Assembly: GCA_029256085.1 (NCBI GenBank)
Contig: JAQSYP010000001.1
Span: forward strand, 580,497 to 644,496
DNA from: Bacillales bacterium
GTDB lineage: Bacteria > Bacillota > Bacilli > CAJFEE01
DNA length: 64,000 nt
Reading direction: 5' to 3'
The translations under genes and the position numbers were made by a program. A model generated the notes under the pieces. That model searched no databases. It saw only the letters and a program-made list of their open reading frames with translations, and was not told where the DNA came from. This document shows, piece after piece, positions 45,838 through 57,544 of this stretch (positions are counted from its first letter, which is position 1; the number at the start of each line of letters is the position of its first letter).

Positions 45838-47895
45838 TTGGATTTACTAGATATAAGTAATATTTCTATTGTTAATCTAAAAGGCATTGGTTCCGAGACC
45901 GAGAGAAAATTAAATGAGATAGACATTTACTCTATTTATGATTTACTGCAAACCTTTCCTAGTAGGTATGAAGACTATTCTATAAACTCTCTAGATGAAC
46001 TAATTCATAATGAAAAAGCAACACTAATAGGAGAGATAGTCTCGTTACCAAATATTTCATATTTTGCTAAAAACAAAAATAGATTATCTTTCAAGATAAG
46101 TGTTGGGGAAGTAATTATTCAGGTAAATCTCTTTAATCAGGGGTTTTATAAAGGTAAGTTGGAATTAACTGATACAGTAACTATTTCAGGTAAATGGGAC
46201 AAGTACAAGTTAAGTATTACTGGGCAATTAGTTAAAAAGGGAATTAAAGAGGATACAGAAGCATTAGATCCGATTTATCCACTAAAAGGAGTAATTCCTA
46301 ATTTTCAGTTTAAAAAGTTAATTTCCAAAGCACTTGATCAATTTAATGATAACTTATTGGAGATTTTACCTTATAAACTGTTATCTTTATATAAAATCCC
46401 GTGTATAAAAGATACATACAACGCAATACATAAACCTGTAAATCGAGAAGTTTTAAAGCATGCTAGACGAAGAATAATCTATGAAGAATTATTGCTTTTT
46501 CAACTAAAAATTCAAGCATTGAAACGAATTAATAGATTAAATAAAAATGGTACGATGATACCAATAGATTATAAAGAAATTAATAACTTTATTTCTCAAA
46601 ATATACCTTTTACTTTAACAAATGCTCAATCTAAAGTGTTAAATGAAATTTTTACAGATTTGATTGCTACATACCCGATGAATAGATTACTTCAAGGGGA
46701 TGTAGGATCTGGTAAAACAGTTGTTGCTGCTGTTGCTCTTTTTGCTGCTGTTTCTGCAAACTTTCAAGGTGCACTTATGGTACCTACGGAAATACTTGCT
46801 GAGCAACATTATGAAACTATGACTAAAATTTTTATGAATACAAATATAAAAGTAAAGCTTTTAACTAGTGCAATTAAAGGAAAAGCAAGAGAATCTATTT
46901 ATAATGAAGTAGAAGGAAATATTATTAATATAGTAATAGGTACACATGCACTTCTAAATGAAAAATTAAAGTTTAGTAATTTAGGGCTTGTTATTACAGA
47001 CGAACAACATCGATTTGGAGTCGATCAAAGAAAAATTCTAAGAGAAAAAGGTTCCGATCCAAATGTTTTATTTATGACAGCCACGCCAATTCCAAGAACT
47101 CTATCTATTACAGCCTTTGGTGAAATGGATGTTAGTACAATTGATGAGCTACCAAAGGGAAGAAAAGGTATTAAAACTTATACTATTAGTAAAAAAGAAT
47201 TTACAAAAGTATTAGATTTTTTGGAAAAGGAAATTAATAAAGGTCGCCAAGCGTACTTCATTTGCCCACTAATTGAGGAATCTGAAAAATTAGATTTAAA
47301 TAATGCTTATGATTTATATGAACAGTTATCAAGCCATTACAGTGGAAAAGCCGAAATAGGATTAATGCATGGAAGGTTAAATGATAAAGATAAAGAAGAA
47401 GTCATGCAAAAATTCATAAATAATAAAATTCAAATTCTAGTTTCAACAACAGTTGTTGAAGTAGGTGTGAACGTTCCAAATGCAACCTTAATGATTGTTA
47501 ACGATGCTGAAAGATTTGGATTAGCACAACTCCACCAATTAAGGGGTAGAGTTGGACGAGGGCAAGATCAGTCCTTTTGTATTTTAGTTGCTGATGCAAA
47601 AACGGATGTAGGGCGTGAAAGATTGAAAATTATGACCGAAACTAATAATGGCTTTGAAATTGCTGAGAAAGATTTGCAAATTAGGGGGCCAGGTGATTTT
47701 TTTGGTGCAAAACAAAGTGGGTTACCAGAGTTTAAGATTGCTGATTTAGTGCATGATTATCGTGCATTAGAAGTTGCAAGGCAGGATGCGAGTAAATTTA
47801 TAAACGACGCTGAATTCTGGACTAGTAATGAATACAAAGGTTTAAAAGAACAACTAGATAAAGATATAAATCTAAGTCAAGTGATTTTAGATTAA
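45838..47895 (+). CDS. recG: ATP-dependent DNA helicase RecG
   Basis: QGDVGSGKT, DEQHRFG, MTATPIPRTL, QLRGRVGRG. Confidence 0.98.
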   Translation: MDLLDISNISIVNLKGIGSETERKLNEIDIYSIYDLLQTFPSRYEDYSINSLDELIHNEKATLIGEIVSLPNISYFAKNKNRLSFKISVGEVIIQVNLFNQGFYKGKLELTDTVTISGKWDKYKLSITGQLVKKGIKEDTEALDPIYPLKGVIPNFQFKKLISKALDQFNDNLLEILPYKLLSLYKIPCIKDTYNAIHKPVNREVLKHARRRIIYEELLLFQLKIQALKRINRLNKNGTMIPIDYKEINNFISQNIPFTLTNAQSKVLNEIFTDLIATYPMNRLLQGDVGSGKTVVAAVALFAAVSANFQGALMVPTEILAEQHYETMTKIFMNTNIKVKLLTSAIKGKARESIYNEVEGNIINIVIGTHALLNEKLKFSNLGLVITDEQHRFGVDQRKILREKGSDPNVLFMTATPIPRTLSITAFGEMDVSTIDELPKGRKGIKTYTISKKEFTKVLDFLEKEINKGRQAYFICPLIEESEKLDLNNAYDLYEQLSSHYSGKAEIGLMHGRLNDKDKEEVMQKFINNKIQILVSTTVVEVGVNVPNATLMIVNDAERFGLAQLHQLRGRVGRGQDQSFCILVADAKTDVGRERLKIMTETNNGFEIAEKDLQIRGPGDFFGAKQSGLPEFKIADLVHDYRALEVARQDASKFINDAEFWTSNEYKGLKEQLDKDINLSQVILD

Positions 47896-47903
47896 AATAT
47901 TTA

Positions 47904-47953
47904 TTGATAAATTGACTTAAATTTTATATACTACTACTAGTATCTGGTCTTAA
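47904..47953 (+). promoter_or_regulatory. fapR promoter with FapR operator
   Basis: TTGATA-17bp-TATACT (47904-47932); CTAGTATCTGGTCTTAA (47937-47953) fits the 17-bp FapR box TTAGTAN5TANTAA-type consensus. Confidence 0.8.
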
Positions 47954-47970
47954 AAATGGAAGGTGTACAT

Positions 47971-48531
47971 ATGAGGCTTAAGAAGAAAGAAAGGCAAGAT
48001 ATCCTAATAAAAACTATCGAGGAAAACCCTTTTATTACTGATGAAGAATTATCAAAAAACTTGTGTGTAAGCATTCAAACTATTCGATTAGATAGATTAG
48101 AACTTGCTATACCTGAGGTAAGGGAACGAATAAAAAATGTAGCTTCTCAAAGTTATGACGACTCAGTAAGGACTCTAGCTCTAGAAGAAATAATTGGGGA
48201 AATTATAGATATTAACTTAGATCAAAGTGCAATATCAATTTTTGAAGTCGCAAATGAGCATGTTTTTAAACGATCATTAATAGCAAGAGGCCACTATCTA
48301 TTTGCACAAGCAAATTCACTTTGCGTTGCTTTGATAAATGCAGAAACTGCGCTAACTGCTAGAGCAAATGTTCAATACATACGCCCAGTAAAAATAAATG
48401 AGCGTGTTGTTGCAAAAGCTAAGGTGTTAGAAAAAGAGAATACGAAAGGAAGAACAATAGTAGAAGTAGAAAGCTATGTTGGTAACGACCTTGTATTCCT
48501 TGGAGAATTTCAAATGCATAGAAGCAATTAG
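47971..48531 (+). CDS. fapR: Fatty acid/phospholipid biosynthesis repressor FapR
   Basis: NPFITDEEL...[25 protein letters not shown]; start moved to ATG 47971. Confidence 0.96.
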   Translation: MRLKKKERQDILIKTIEENPFITDEELSKNLCVSIQTIRLDRLELAIPEVRERIKNVASQSYDDSVRTLALEEIIGEIIDINLDQSAISIFEVANEHVFKRSLIARGHYLFAQANSLCVALINAETALTARANVQYIRPVKINERVVAKAKVLEKENTKGRTIVEVESYVGNDLVFLGEFQMHRSN

Positions 48532-48548
48532 TATTGGAGGAAATACTT

Positions 48549-49547
48549 ATGTATAAAATAGCTATTGATGCAATGGGCGGAGATCATGCACCCACAAGTA
48601 TCATAGAAGGTGTTAATTTAGCTATTGGGGAATATTCAAATATACAGTTTCTTATCTTTGGTGATGAGACAAAAATAGACAAATCATTAGTAAATAATAC
48701 AAATGTTACCTTTATTCATACTTCAGAAATAATAACTAGTACTGATGAACCTGTTAGAGCAGTCCGTACGAAAAAAGACTCATCTATGGTTCAAATGGCT
48801 CAATATGTTAAAGAAGGAAAAGCGGATGCTTGTATTTCTGCAGGTAATACTGGTGCTTTAATGACAACAGGAATTTTTGTTGTTGGGCGTGCAAAAGGAA
48901 TTGACCGTCCAGCTTTAGCACCACTAATGCCCACTATTGATGGTAAAGGGTTTCTATTACTAGATGTTGGTGCTAACATCGATGCTAAAGTTAATCACTT
49001 AGTTCAATATGCACAAATGGGATCAATATACGCTGAGAAGGTTTTAGGTAGAATAAACCCGAGAGTCGGATTAGTTAATATAGGTACTGAAGAACATAAA
49101 GGAACCGAACTTTACAAGGATACATATGCTGCACTTAAAAATACAAACATTAATTTTATAGGTAACATCGAAGCAAGAGACTTATTACTTGGTGAAGTAG
49201 ATGTAGCTGTTACTGATGGATTTGCAGGTAATCAAATACTAAAATCGATCGAAGGTACTGCAGACGTTCTATTTAAAGTAATGAAAGAAGAATTCACAAA
49301 AAATATGATTTCCAAACTAGGTGCCATGATTTTGAAGTCGAATTTTAAAAGTATTAAGAAAAAACTAGATTATTCAGAAGCTGGTGGTGCAGCCCTTTTT
49401 GGATTGAATGCTCCTGTAATTAAAGCACACGGATCTTCAAACTCTAAAGCAATATTCAACGCAATTAGGCAAACTGTAAATATGCTGGAGAATAATGTAA
49501 TACCTACTATTAAACAAAAAATAGAGGAATCTGAAGTTATAAAGTAG
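48549..49547 (+). CDS. plsX: Phosphate acyltransferase PlsX
   Basis: IAIDAMGGDHAP, SAGNTGA, IKAHGSS; start moved to ATG 48549. Confidence 0.97.
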   Translation: MYKIAIDAMGGDHAPTSIIEGVNLAIGEYSNIQFLIFGDETKIDKSLVNNTNVTFIHTSEIITSTDEPVRAVRTKKDSSMVQMAQYVKEGKADACISAGNTGALMTTGIFVVGRAKGIDRPALAPLMPTIDGKGFLLLDVGANIDAKVNHLVQYAQMGSIYAEKVLGRINPRVGLVNIGTEEHKGTELYKDTYAALKNTNINFIGNIEARDLLLGEVDVAVTDGFAGNQILKSIEGTADVLFKVMKEEFTKNMISKLGAMILKSNFKSIKKKLDYSEAGGAALFGLNAPVIKAHGSSNSKAIFNAIRQTVNMLENNVIPTIKQKIEESEVIK

Positions 49548-49556
49548 GAGGAAAAT

Positions 49557-50495
49557 ATGACAAAAATAGCATTTGTTTTCCCAGGTCAAGGATCACAGAA
49601 GGTAGGTATGGGCAAAGACTTCTATGATAGTTTTCCTGAAAGCAAAATCTTATTTGATGAGATAAACTCATTTCTTGAATATTCTTTAACGGATATAATG
49701 TTTGATGGACCAAGTGATGAATTAACAAAAACATATAATACTCAACCAGCTCTTCTAGCGGTTTCTACTGTGATTCTGGAACAATTAAGAAAAAATGGAA
49801 TAAATCCTGATTCAGTAGCTGGGCATAGCTTAGGAGAATATAGTGCCCTTGTGGCCGCTAACTCATTAGGCATAAAAGAAGCAATAAAATTAGTTTATAC
49901 TAGAGGGAAATTAATGAGTGAGGCTGCACCTAATGGAAATGGTGCTATGGCTGCAGTATTAGGACTGGACTATGAAGTTGTTGAAGAAATTGTAAACAAT
50001 TTCATAAGCGCTAATGAAGTAGTTTGTATAGCAAACTACAACTGTCCGGGACAAGTTGTAATTTCAGGTACAAAAGTTGGGATTGAATTGATAACTCCTC
50101 TGTTGAAAGAACAAGGTGCTAAAAGAGTTCTAATGCTCCCAGTAAGTGGACCATTTCATTCACCTTTGATGAAACCAGCGGCTGATAAATTTTCAGAAGT
50201 TGTTAAACTAATAAATATTTCAGATCCAACTATTCCTGTATATTCAAATGTTACTTCAATGATCTTTGAAGGTGAAAAACAAATCTCAGATCTTTTAGCA
50301 GATCAAATTTTTAGTTCAGTTAAATGGCAACAATCAATTAAGAAAATGATTACTGATGGAATTACTAAATTCATTGAAGTTGGAAGTGGAAATGTTTTAA
50401 CAGGTTTGATAAAAAAAATCGACCCAAATGTTGAAGTCATTACAATTTCTACTGTTGATGATTTAAGAAAATTTATTGAAGAGAATAGAGGTTAA
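49557..50495 (+). CDS. fabD: Malonyl-CoA:ACP transacylase
   Basis: FPGQGSQ, GHSLGEY, VSGPFHS. Confidence 0.98.
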   Translation: MTKIAFVFPGQGSQKVGMGKDFYDSFPESKILFDEINSFLEYSLTDIMFDGPSDELTKTYNTQPALLAVSTVILEQLRKNGINPDSVAGHSLGEYSALVAANSLGIKEAIKLVYTRGKLMSEAAPNGNGAMAAVLGLDYEVVEEIVNNFISANEVVCIANYNCPGQVVISGTKVGIELITPLLKEQGAKRVLMLPVSGPFHSPLMKPAADKFSEVVKLINISDPTIPVYSNVTSMIFEGEKQISDLLADQIFSSVKWQQSIKKMITDGITKFIEVGSGNVLTGLIKKIDPNVEVITISTVDDLRKFIEENRG

Positions 50496-50499
50496 CCAA

Positions 50500-51240
50500 A
50501 TGTTGAATGGAAAAATTGCATTAGTGACTGGAGCATCTAGAGGGATTGGTAGAGCAATAGCGCTTGAATATGGTAAAAATGGTGCAACTGTAGTAGTTAA
50601 CTTTCTAGGTAATGTTGAAAAAGCAAATGAAGTAGTTAATGAAATTGAAGCATTAGGTGGTAAAGCGATCGCTTATAAAGCTGATGTAGCAAACAGCTCA
50701 GACGTTACAAAAATGTTTGATGATGTTACAAAAGAGTTTGGAAAAATTGATATTTTAGTAAATAATGCTGGTATCACAAGAGATAATTTATTAATTAGAA
50801 TGAAAGACTCTGAATGGGATGATGTTATTCAAACTAATTTAACAAGTGTTTTCATGTGCTCTAAAATCGCTGCAAAACATATGATGAGAAACAGAACAGG
50901 ACGAATTATTAATGTTTCTTCAGTTGTGGGTATTTTAGGAAATCCTGGCCAGGCTAACTATGTTGCTGCTAAAGCTGGTGTAATTGGACTAACTAAGTCT
51001 ATGGCTAGGGAGCTTGCTGTAAGGGGCATACTTGTAAATGCTATTGCACCAGGATTCATTGAAACTGATATGACACAAAAGCTTAATGATGATGTTAGAA
51101 GTCAAATGCAGACGCAAATACCTCTACAAAGATTCGGTACGCCAGAAGATATAGCGAATGTAGCGTTATTTTTAGCTACAGAACAAAGTAGCTATATTAC
51201 TGGTCAAGTAATATCTGTAGATGGTGGAATGGCTATGTAA
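50500..51240 (+). CDS. fabG: 3-oxoacyl-ACP reductase
   Basis: [21 protein letters not shown]; start moved to ATG 50500. Confidence 0.97.
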   Translation: MLNGKIALVTGASRGIGRAIALEYGKNGATVVVNFLGNVEKANEVVNEIEALGGKAIAYKADVANSSDVTKMFDDVTKEFGKIDILVNNAGITRDNLLIRMKDSEWDDVIQTNLTSVFMCSKIAAKHMMRNRTGRIINVSSVVGILGNPGQANYVAAKAGVIGLTKSMARELAVRGILVNAIAPGFIETDMTQKLNDDVRSQMQTQIPLQRFGTPEDIANVALFLATEQSSYITGQVISVDGGMAM

Positions 51241-51257
51241 AAAACTGCAATGCACAC

Positions 51258-51286
51258 TTGTATTTACGTATTAAATTATATATATT
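51258..51286 (+). promoter_or_regulatory. Putative sigma-A promoter of acpA
   Basis: TTGTAT-17bp-TATATT. Confidence 0.5.
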
Positions 51287-51353
51287 AGTGTAGTATTGCT
51301 ACTAGTTTTTTCATATAAAATCTAATATAATTTTCTAAGGGAGGTGAATCGAA

Positions 51354-51587
51354 ATGGCAGCTGTTTTAGAACAAATTACAAAAATCATCTCTGACCGTTT
51401 AGGTAAGGATGAATCAACTATTACACCACAATCAAGCTTTAAAGAAGATTTAGGTGCCGATTCACTAGAAGTTGTTGAATTAATTATGCAACTTGAAGAT
51501 GAATTTGGAATCGAAATTTCTGACGAGGATGCTGAAAAGATTGCTACTGTAGGAGATGCAGTTCAATACATAGAAGGCCGCGTTTAA
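51354..51587 (+). CDS. acpA: Acyl carrier protein
   Basis: DLGADSL phosphopantetheine site; strong RBS GGAGGTG. Confidence 0.97.
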   Translation: MAAVLEQITKIISDRLGKDESTITPQSSFKEDLGADSLEVVELIMQLEDEFGIEISDEDAEKIATVGDAVQYIEGRV

Positions 51588-51593
51588 TATTGG

Positions 51594-51620
51594 AAAGTCC
51601 CGTAAAACTGCGGGGCTTTT
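51594..51620 (+). terminator. Terminator after acpA
   Basis: AAAGTCCCGTA/TGCGGGGCTTT stem with G-U pairs. Confidence 0.75.
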
Positions 51621-51697
51621 CAGTGTATTTGAAACCTATTTATAATTACCTTTTACCGATTTTGGTACCTTTTTAATTATCATGAATGGAGGTATCT

Positions 51698-52453
51698 ATG
51701 TCTAAGCAAAGAAAATTTAATCTAGTAAGAGAAGAGGATAAAATAAATAAAAGTTTTTTAACTCTTCAAGATAAATTAAATATTGAATTTAAAAATATTA
51801 ATTTATTAATTCAAGCATTTACACATTCATCCTATGTGAATGAGCATCGCAAAAAATCTTTTAACGACAATGAAAGACTAGAATTTTTAGGGGATGCAGT
51901 ACTAGAGTTAACAGTTTCACAATATTTATTTGAGAACTATCCGGATATGTCTGAGGGTGAGCTCACAAAATTACGTGCATCAATAGTTTGTGAACCTTCA
52001 CTAGTACAAATTGCAATAAATTTAAAATTTGGTCAGCATGTTTTATTAGGTAAGGGCGAGGAAATAACCGGTGGTAGAATGCGTCCTGCCTTACTTGCGG
52101 ATGTTTTTGAAGCATTTATTGGGGCTCTATATCTTGACCAGGGTCTTGAAGGTGTTACTAGTTTTCTTTCACAAGCAGTTTTCCCTAAGATTAAAGATGG
52201 TGCTTTTTCTCATGTGATGGATTTTAAAAGTCAACTTCAGGAATATGTACAACAGGACGGTTCTGGAATCATCGAATATAAAATTTTAGAAGAAAAAGGT
52301 CCTGCTCATAGCCGTGAGTTTATTTCAAAAGTAACACTAAACAATATTGATTTAGGTATCGGTGAGGGTAAATCAAAAAAGGAAGCTGAACAGCATGCTG
52401 CTGAAGAAGCTTTAAATAGGTTAAAAAAAGAAAAAGACACGCTATTAAAATAG
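51698..52453 (+). CDS. rnc: Ribonuclease III
   Basis: [12 protein letters not shown] signature plus dsRBD; start moved to ATG 51698. Confidence 0.98.
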   Translation: MSKQRKFNLVREEDKINKSFLTLQDKLNIEFKNINLLIQAFTHSSYVNEHRKKSFNDNERLEFLGDAVLELTVSQYLFENYPDMSEGELTKLRASIVCEPSLVQIAINLKFGQHVLLGKGEEITGGRMRPALLADVFEAFIGALYLDQGLEGVTSFLSQAVFPKIKDGAFSHVMDFKSQLQEYVQQDGSGIIEYKILEEKGPAHSREFISKVTLNNIDLGIGEGKSKKEAEQHAAEEALNRLKKEKDTLLK

Positions 52454-52456
52454 TAA

Positions 52457-52493
52457 AATCCCCCGAATAGTAATTTTTAGGGGGATTACTTAT
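52457..52493 (+). terminator. Hairpin between rnc and smc
   Basis: AATCCCCC/GGGGGATT stem, weak U-tail. Confidence 0.5.
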
Positions 52494-52536
52494 TTAACTT
52501 AGTATAAACTGATAGTCAGTTCAGAGGTGACTTACG

Positions 52537-55500
52537 ATGTATTTAAAGCGGTTAGAGGTAGTTGGATTTAAATCTTTTGCAGAAAGAATAAACGTTGACT
52601 TTGTCAAAGGTATCACTGGGGTTGTAGGTCCAAATGGGAGCGGCAAAAGCAATGTTATAGATTGCATTCGCTGGGTGCTTGGTGAACAATCAGCAAAATC
52701 ACTTCGTGGAGCAAAAATGGAGGATATTATTTTTGCGGGTAGTGAATCTCGTAAAGCAGTTAATATGGCTGAAGTTACACTTGTTCTGGATAATCAGGAT
52801 AGTTTTTTACCCCTTGATTTTTCCGAGGTAAGTATAACTAGAAGGGTTTTCCGCTCAGGTGATAGTGAATACTTAATAAATAAACAACAATGTCGCTTAA
52901 AGGATATAGTTGAACTTTTTATAGACTCAGGTGTTAGTAGGGAAGCATTCTCAATAATTAGTCAGGGCAAAGTGGAAGAAATTCTTAGCAGTAAACCTGA
53001 GGACAGAAGAGTAATTTTTGAAGAGGCTGCTGGGGTATTAAAGTATAAAAATAGAAAGAAAAAAGCTGAAAGTAAACTTCAGGAAACATATGATAACCTT
53101 CTTAGAATAGAAGATATTGTACATGAACTTCAAGGGCAAATTGAGCCATTAGGAATACAAGCATCAATTGCTAAGGAATATATCGATTTGAAAAATGATC
53201 TCGAGAAGTTCGAGGTTGGGTTATTAGTTAAAGATATTGAATCATTAAATGCAAGATGGGAAGAAAGTAAATCAAAGTTACAAAACTTAAATACAACAGA
53301 AGAAACCTTAGCAACTAAAATCCATGTGCAGGAAGCGGATTTAGAAAAATATAAAGTTGATGCGATTAACTTAGATAATAATATTGATGAATATCAAGGG
53401 GAATTATTAAAGTCTACTCAATTACTTGAGAAGCTAAGTGGTCAGAAAGAACTAATTAATGAAAGAAGTAACAATGCTTCAAAGTCAAGGGAAGAAATAA
53501 TCTCTAGAAGAAATGATTTAAATGTACTACTAAAGAACGCTAAAGAGTCAATGAGTTCAATTGAAGATCAATATAATGAATTATCTATTGAATTGAATGA
53601 ACTTAAACTAAATAAAGGTAAATTAGAAAAATTTTTAAAAAATGACAACGCTAACATTGAAAAACAAATAGACTTACTAAAGTCATCTTATATTGATAAA
53701 TTAAATGAGCAAGCTTCTTCAAATAATGAGAGAAATTTTATTAATAATAGATTACAACAATTAACTAATAAGAAAGCAAAATTAGAAGAAGAAAATAATG
53801 ACTTCATAACCAAACGAGAAATTATTAATTTAAATAAAAATAATATTCTAACTGATCTTTCAAATGCTCAACATGAAATTGAGACAATTGCACAAAAAAA
53901 GTTTACTCTTACTAAAGAAATTGAGAATCTTAGAAATGAATATTCAAATAAACAAACCCAGTTAATAAAGGGCTATGAGGTTTTTCAACAAGTAAAGTCC
54001 AGAAAAGATACTTTAGAAGAAATGAAGGAAGATTTCTCTGGGTTTATTCAAGGTGTAAAAGAAGTTTTAAAGGCATCTGCAAATGGAAAATTAAAAGGTG
54101 TCCATGGAGCTATAGCTGAAATTATTAACGTGGATAAAAAGTTCGAAGCAGCTATTGATGTAGCACTCGGATCTTCATTACAAAACATTGTTGTAACAAA
54201 TGAAGAATCAGCACGGGCAGCAATAACTTATTTAAAACAGACTCGAAACGGAAGAGCTACTTTCCTACCTCTAAATATAATTAAGCCAAGAGAAATTAAT
54301 GAAAGCTTAATTAATAGCGTGAAAACACATGATTCATTTATAGGCATAGCAGCAAATTTAATAAGTTTTGATTCGACTTATTCAAATGTTATTCATAATT
54401 TAATGGGGAACGTAATTATTGCTTCTGATCTTTACGGTGCTAATGAAATAGCCAGAAAGATACAACATCGCTTCAGAGTAGTAACACTTGAAGGTGATGT
54501 AATTAATTCTGGTGGATCAATGACGGGTGGAACTTTAAAACAAGCATCATCACCTTTGCTCTCAAGACAAAGAGAATTAGATGAATTAGCGAGTAAGATT
54601 GCAGAACTCGATGAGTTTATTAAGAATTTAGAATTTAAGTTAAGCGAAACAAAGTTAAAAGGTGAAGATAAAGCAACAGAATTAGAGAACACTCGACTAA
54701 AACTTGAAGACTTAAAATCTAGGGAACAGAAACTTAAGGAACAATCTAAGGAGATTGACTTTGAAGAAAGGCAACTAAATGATAGGTTAGCGATTTTTGA
54801 TATCGAAATAAGTCAATTAGTTGAAGAAACTGAGACTCTTAATAATAAAATAAAACATGTCGAGAATAACCTCATGGAGCTAGTTTCTAGTATAAAAGGC
54901 TTTGAACTACAAATTAGTGAATTAGAGAAACAGAAAGAAACATCCCAGACTAACAAAGAACAAAATCAAAATGAGTTAACAGAAATAAGTGTTAAATTAG
55001 CTAAAATTGAACAGCAGTTAGAAAACCTAGAAGCTCAGAAGATTCAGATTATATCTCAATGTGATAATTACAATGTAGAGCTCAAAAAACTTGATTTAGA
55101 GTATGAGACACTAATTTCACAATTAGATAACAGCAAAGATTTTTTTGAAAAGTTGAATATAGATATTAGTGAATGCCAAAAGCATAAAGACGATATCACA
55201 GCTAAAATTGTTACGATACGTCAAGAAAGATATGACATTCATCAAAAAATATCAAGTCTCGAATCTGATTTAAGAGACTTTAAAAAGCAACAGAAATATT
55301 TCCTTGATCAAATTAAGCAAGAGGAAATTCTTATAACTAGATTTGATACTGATCTAGAAAATAAACTATACTACCTTTCTCAAGAATATGAGCATTCTTA
55401 TGAAAGTGCCAAATTAAATTTCCCACTTGAAATTAATGAAATAGAAGCTAGAAAAAAGGTTAAACTTATAAAGTTATCTATTGATGAACTTGGAACTGTC

Positions 55501-56127
55501 AATCTAGGTGCAATAGATGAATATGCTAGAGTGTCTGAAAGATATAAATTTTTAACAGACCAGAAGGCTGATTTACTAGAAGCAGATTCTACCTTAAGAA
55601 AAGTTATAGATGAGATGGATGAAGAGATGGAAAGAAGATTCTCTTTAACTTTTGAATCAATTAAGAAGCAATTTGGACAAGTTTTTTCTCAATTATTTGG
55701 TGGAGGAAGTGCGGAACTAGTCCTAACAGATCCAAAGCAGCTTTTATCAACTGGAATTGAGATAATTGCTCAACCGCCCGGTAAGAAATTACAAAGCTTA
55801 AGCCTAATGTCTGGTGGTGAAAGGGCTCTAACAGCTATTGCATTACTTTTCTCAATACTTAAAGTTAGACCAGTACCTTTTTGTATACTTGATGAGGTTG
55901 AGGCTGCTCTCGATGAGGCTAATGTTTCGAGATTTGCAAACTATTTGAAACAATTTAGTAATGAAACACAGTTTATAGTAATTACTCATAGGAAAGGTAC
56001 GATGGAAGAAACAGATGTATTATATGGAATCACGATGCAAGAGTCTGGAGTCTCAAAAGTCGTATCAGTTAGATTAGAAGAAATGAATGAAATAGTTGAA
56101 GAACAATTGGAAGGTGTAAAGGCATGA
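52537..56127 (+). CDS. smc: Chromosome segregation protein SMC
   Basis: GPNGSGKSN Walker A, hinge GRATFLPL, MSGGE, LDEVEAALD. Confidence 0.98.
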   Translation: MYLKRLEVVGFKSFAERINVDFVKGITGVVGPNGSGKSNVIDCIRWVLGEQSAKSLRGAKMEDIIFAGSESRKAVNMAEVTLVLDNQDSFLPLDFSEVSITRRVFRSGDSEYLINKQQCRLKDIVELFIDSGVSREAFSIISQGKVEEILSSKPEDRRVIFEEAAGVLKYKNRKKKAESKLQETYDNLLRIEDIVHELQGQIEPLGIQASIAKEYIDLKNDLEKFEVGLLVKDIESLNARWEESKSKLQNLNTTEETLATKIHVQEADLEKYKVDAINLDNNIDEYQGELLKSTQLLEKLSGQKELINERSNNASKSREEIISRRNDLNVLLKNAKESMSSIEDQYNELSIELNELKLNKGKLEKFLKNDNANIEKQIDLLKSSYIDKLNEQASSNNERNFINNRLQQLTNKKAKLEEENNDFITKREIINLNKNNILTDLSNAQHEIETIAQKKFTLTKEIENLRNEYSNKQTQLIKGYEVFQQVKSRKDTLEEMKEDFSGFIQGVKEVLKASANGKLKGVHGAIAEIINVDKKFEAAIDVALGSSLQNIVVTNEESARAAITYLKQTRNGRATFLPLNIIKPREINESLINSVKTHDSFIGIAANLISFDSTYSNVIHNLMGNVIIASDLYGANEIARKIQHRFRVVTLEGDVINSGGSMTGGTLKQASSPLLSRQRELDELASKIAELDEFIKNLEFKLSETKLKGEDKATELENTRLKLEDLKSREQKLKEQSKEIDFEERQLNDRLAIFDIEISQLVEETETLNNKIKHVENNLMELVSSIKGFELQISELEKQKETSQTNKEQNQNELTEISVKLAKIEQQLENLEAQKIQIISQCDNYNVELKKLDLEYETLISQLDNSKDFFEKLNIDISECQKHKDDITAKIVTIRQERYDIHQKISSLESDLRDFKKQQKYFLDQIKQEEILITRFDTDLENKLYYLSQEYEHSYESAKLNFPLEINEIEARKKVKLIKLSIDELGTVNLGAIDEYARVSERYKFLTDQKADLLEADSTLRKVIDEMDEEMERRFSLTFESIKKQFGQVFSQLFGGGSAELVLTDPKQLLSTGIEIIAQPPGKKLQSLSLMSGGERALTAIALLFSILKVRPVPFCILDEVEAALDEANVSRFANYLKQFSNETQFIVITHRKGTMEETDVLYGITMQESGVSKVVSVRLEEMNEIVEEQLEGVKA

Positions 56128-57113
56128 GTTTTTTTAAAAAATTAAAAGAAACAATTTCTCGTCAAACAGAACAGGTTACAAATAAGTTTAAAGAGGGTTT
56201 ATCAAAAACTAGAAATTCTTTTAGTAGCAAATTAAACGATCTTTTTGCTCGTTATCGCACTGTTGACGAAGATTTCTTTGAAGAGCTTGAAGAAATACTT
56301 ATTAGTGCAGATGTAGGTGTAAATACAGTACTAGAGTTAATAGATGAATTGAAGTTTGAAGCAAAGAGAAAAAATATTCAGGAATCATCTGAGTTAAGAG
56401 AAGTCATAACTGAAAAATTAGTGGAAATTTATGACCGTGGCGGAACTTTGTCTCAAGATGTTAATATTCAGGAAAATTCTTTAACTGTAATCTTATTCGT
56501 AGGAGTTAATGGTGTTGGAAAAACAACAACGATTGGTAAAATGGCACATATGTATTTGCAACAAGGTAAAAATGTAGTTTTAGCAGCTGGAGATACATTT
56601 AGAGCTGGTGCTATTGAACAACTAGAAGTATGGGGAAGTAGGGTAGGAGCAGATGTAGTAAGACAAGCTTCAGGTTCAGATCCTGCTGCAGTAATATATG
56701 ATGCTATTAAAACAGCTAGAGAAAAAAATGCCGATATTTTAATTTGTGATACTGCTGGTAGACTTCAAAATAAAGTAAATCTTATGAGTGAACTTTCAAA
56801 AATTAAGAGAGTAATTGATAGAGAAATACCAAACGCACCGCATGAGGTATTGCTTGTTATTGATGCTACTACAGGTCAAAATGGACTAACTCAAGCTAAA
56901 GTATTTAAAGAATGTACAGATGTAACAGGAATAGTTTTAACAAAGCTTGATGGTACTGCTAAAGGTGGTATTGTCCTAGCAATAAGAAACGAACTACAAG
57001 TACCAGTTAAGTTTGTTGGTTTAGGTGAGAAAATGGATGATCTACAACCGTTTGATGCAGGACAATTCGTATATGGTTTATTCTCTGATATGTGGGAATC
57101 GGATAGAGATTAA
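56124..57113 (+). CDS. ftsY: SRP receptor FtsY
   Basis: GVNGVGKTT, DTFRAGA, DTAGR, TKLDGTAKGG. Confidence 0.98.
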   Translation: MSFFKKLKETISRQTEQVTNKFKEGLSKTRNSFSSKLNDLFARYRTVDEDFFEELEEILISADVGVNTVLELIDELKFEAKRKNIQESSELREVITEKLVEIYDRGGTLSQDVNIQENSLTVILFVGVNGVGKTTTIGKMAHMYLQQGKNVVLAAGDTFRAGAIEQLEVWGSRVGADVVRQASGSDPAAVIYDAIKTAREKNADILICDTAGRLQNKVNLMSELSKIKRVIDREIPNAPHEVLLVIDATTGQNGLTQAKVFKECTDVTGIVLTKLDGTAKGGIVLAIRNELQVPVKFVGLGEKMDDLQPFDAGQFVYGLFSDMWESDRD

Positions 57114-57125
57114 TGATATAATAAC

Positions 57126-57155
57126 TTGACGCACTAACTAATAATTTATTATATT
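57126..57155 (+). promoter_or_regulatory. Putative sigma-A promoter of ylxM-ffh
   Basis: TTGACG-18bp-TATATT. Confidence 0.5.
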
Positions 57156-57197
57156 ATTAAAGTGTAAAGTAAATTAACTTAACAAGGAGTGAATAAA

Positions 57198-57533
57198 ATG
57201 CTTGAAAAAACTATGCGTCTTAATTATTTGCTAGATTTTTACCAGTCATTGTTAACTCCTAAACAGCTAAGTTATATGGAACTTTACTATTTAGATGACT
57301 ATTCTTTAGGTGAAATTGCAGAGGAATATGATATAAGTAGACAAGCTGTGTATGACAATATAAAAAGAACTGAACAGATGTTAGAAGAATACGAAGAAAA
57401 ATTAGGTTTATTTAAAAAATTTCAGAACAGAAAAAATATTATTTCCCAGTTAAAAGAGTCTATGGAAAATAATAAATTTACTGTTAATACAGAAATTAAA
57501 CATTTATTCGAAGAACTTGAAAAATTAGATTAG
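57198..57533 (+). CDS. ylxM: SRP-associated protein YlxM
   Basis: [31 protein letters not shown]; start moved to ATG 57198. Confidence 0.95.
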   Translation: MLEKTMRLNYLLDFYQSLLTPKQLSYMELYYLDDYSLGEIAEEYDISRQAVYDNIKRTEQMLEEYEEKLGLFKKFQNRKNIISQLKESMENNKFTVNTEIKHLFEELEKLD

Positions 57534-57544
57534 GAGGCGGTAGC

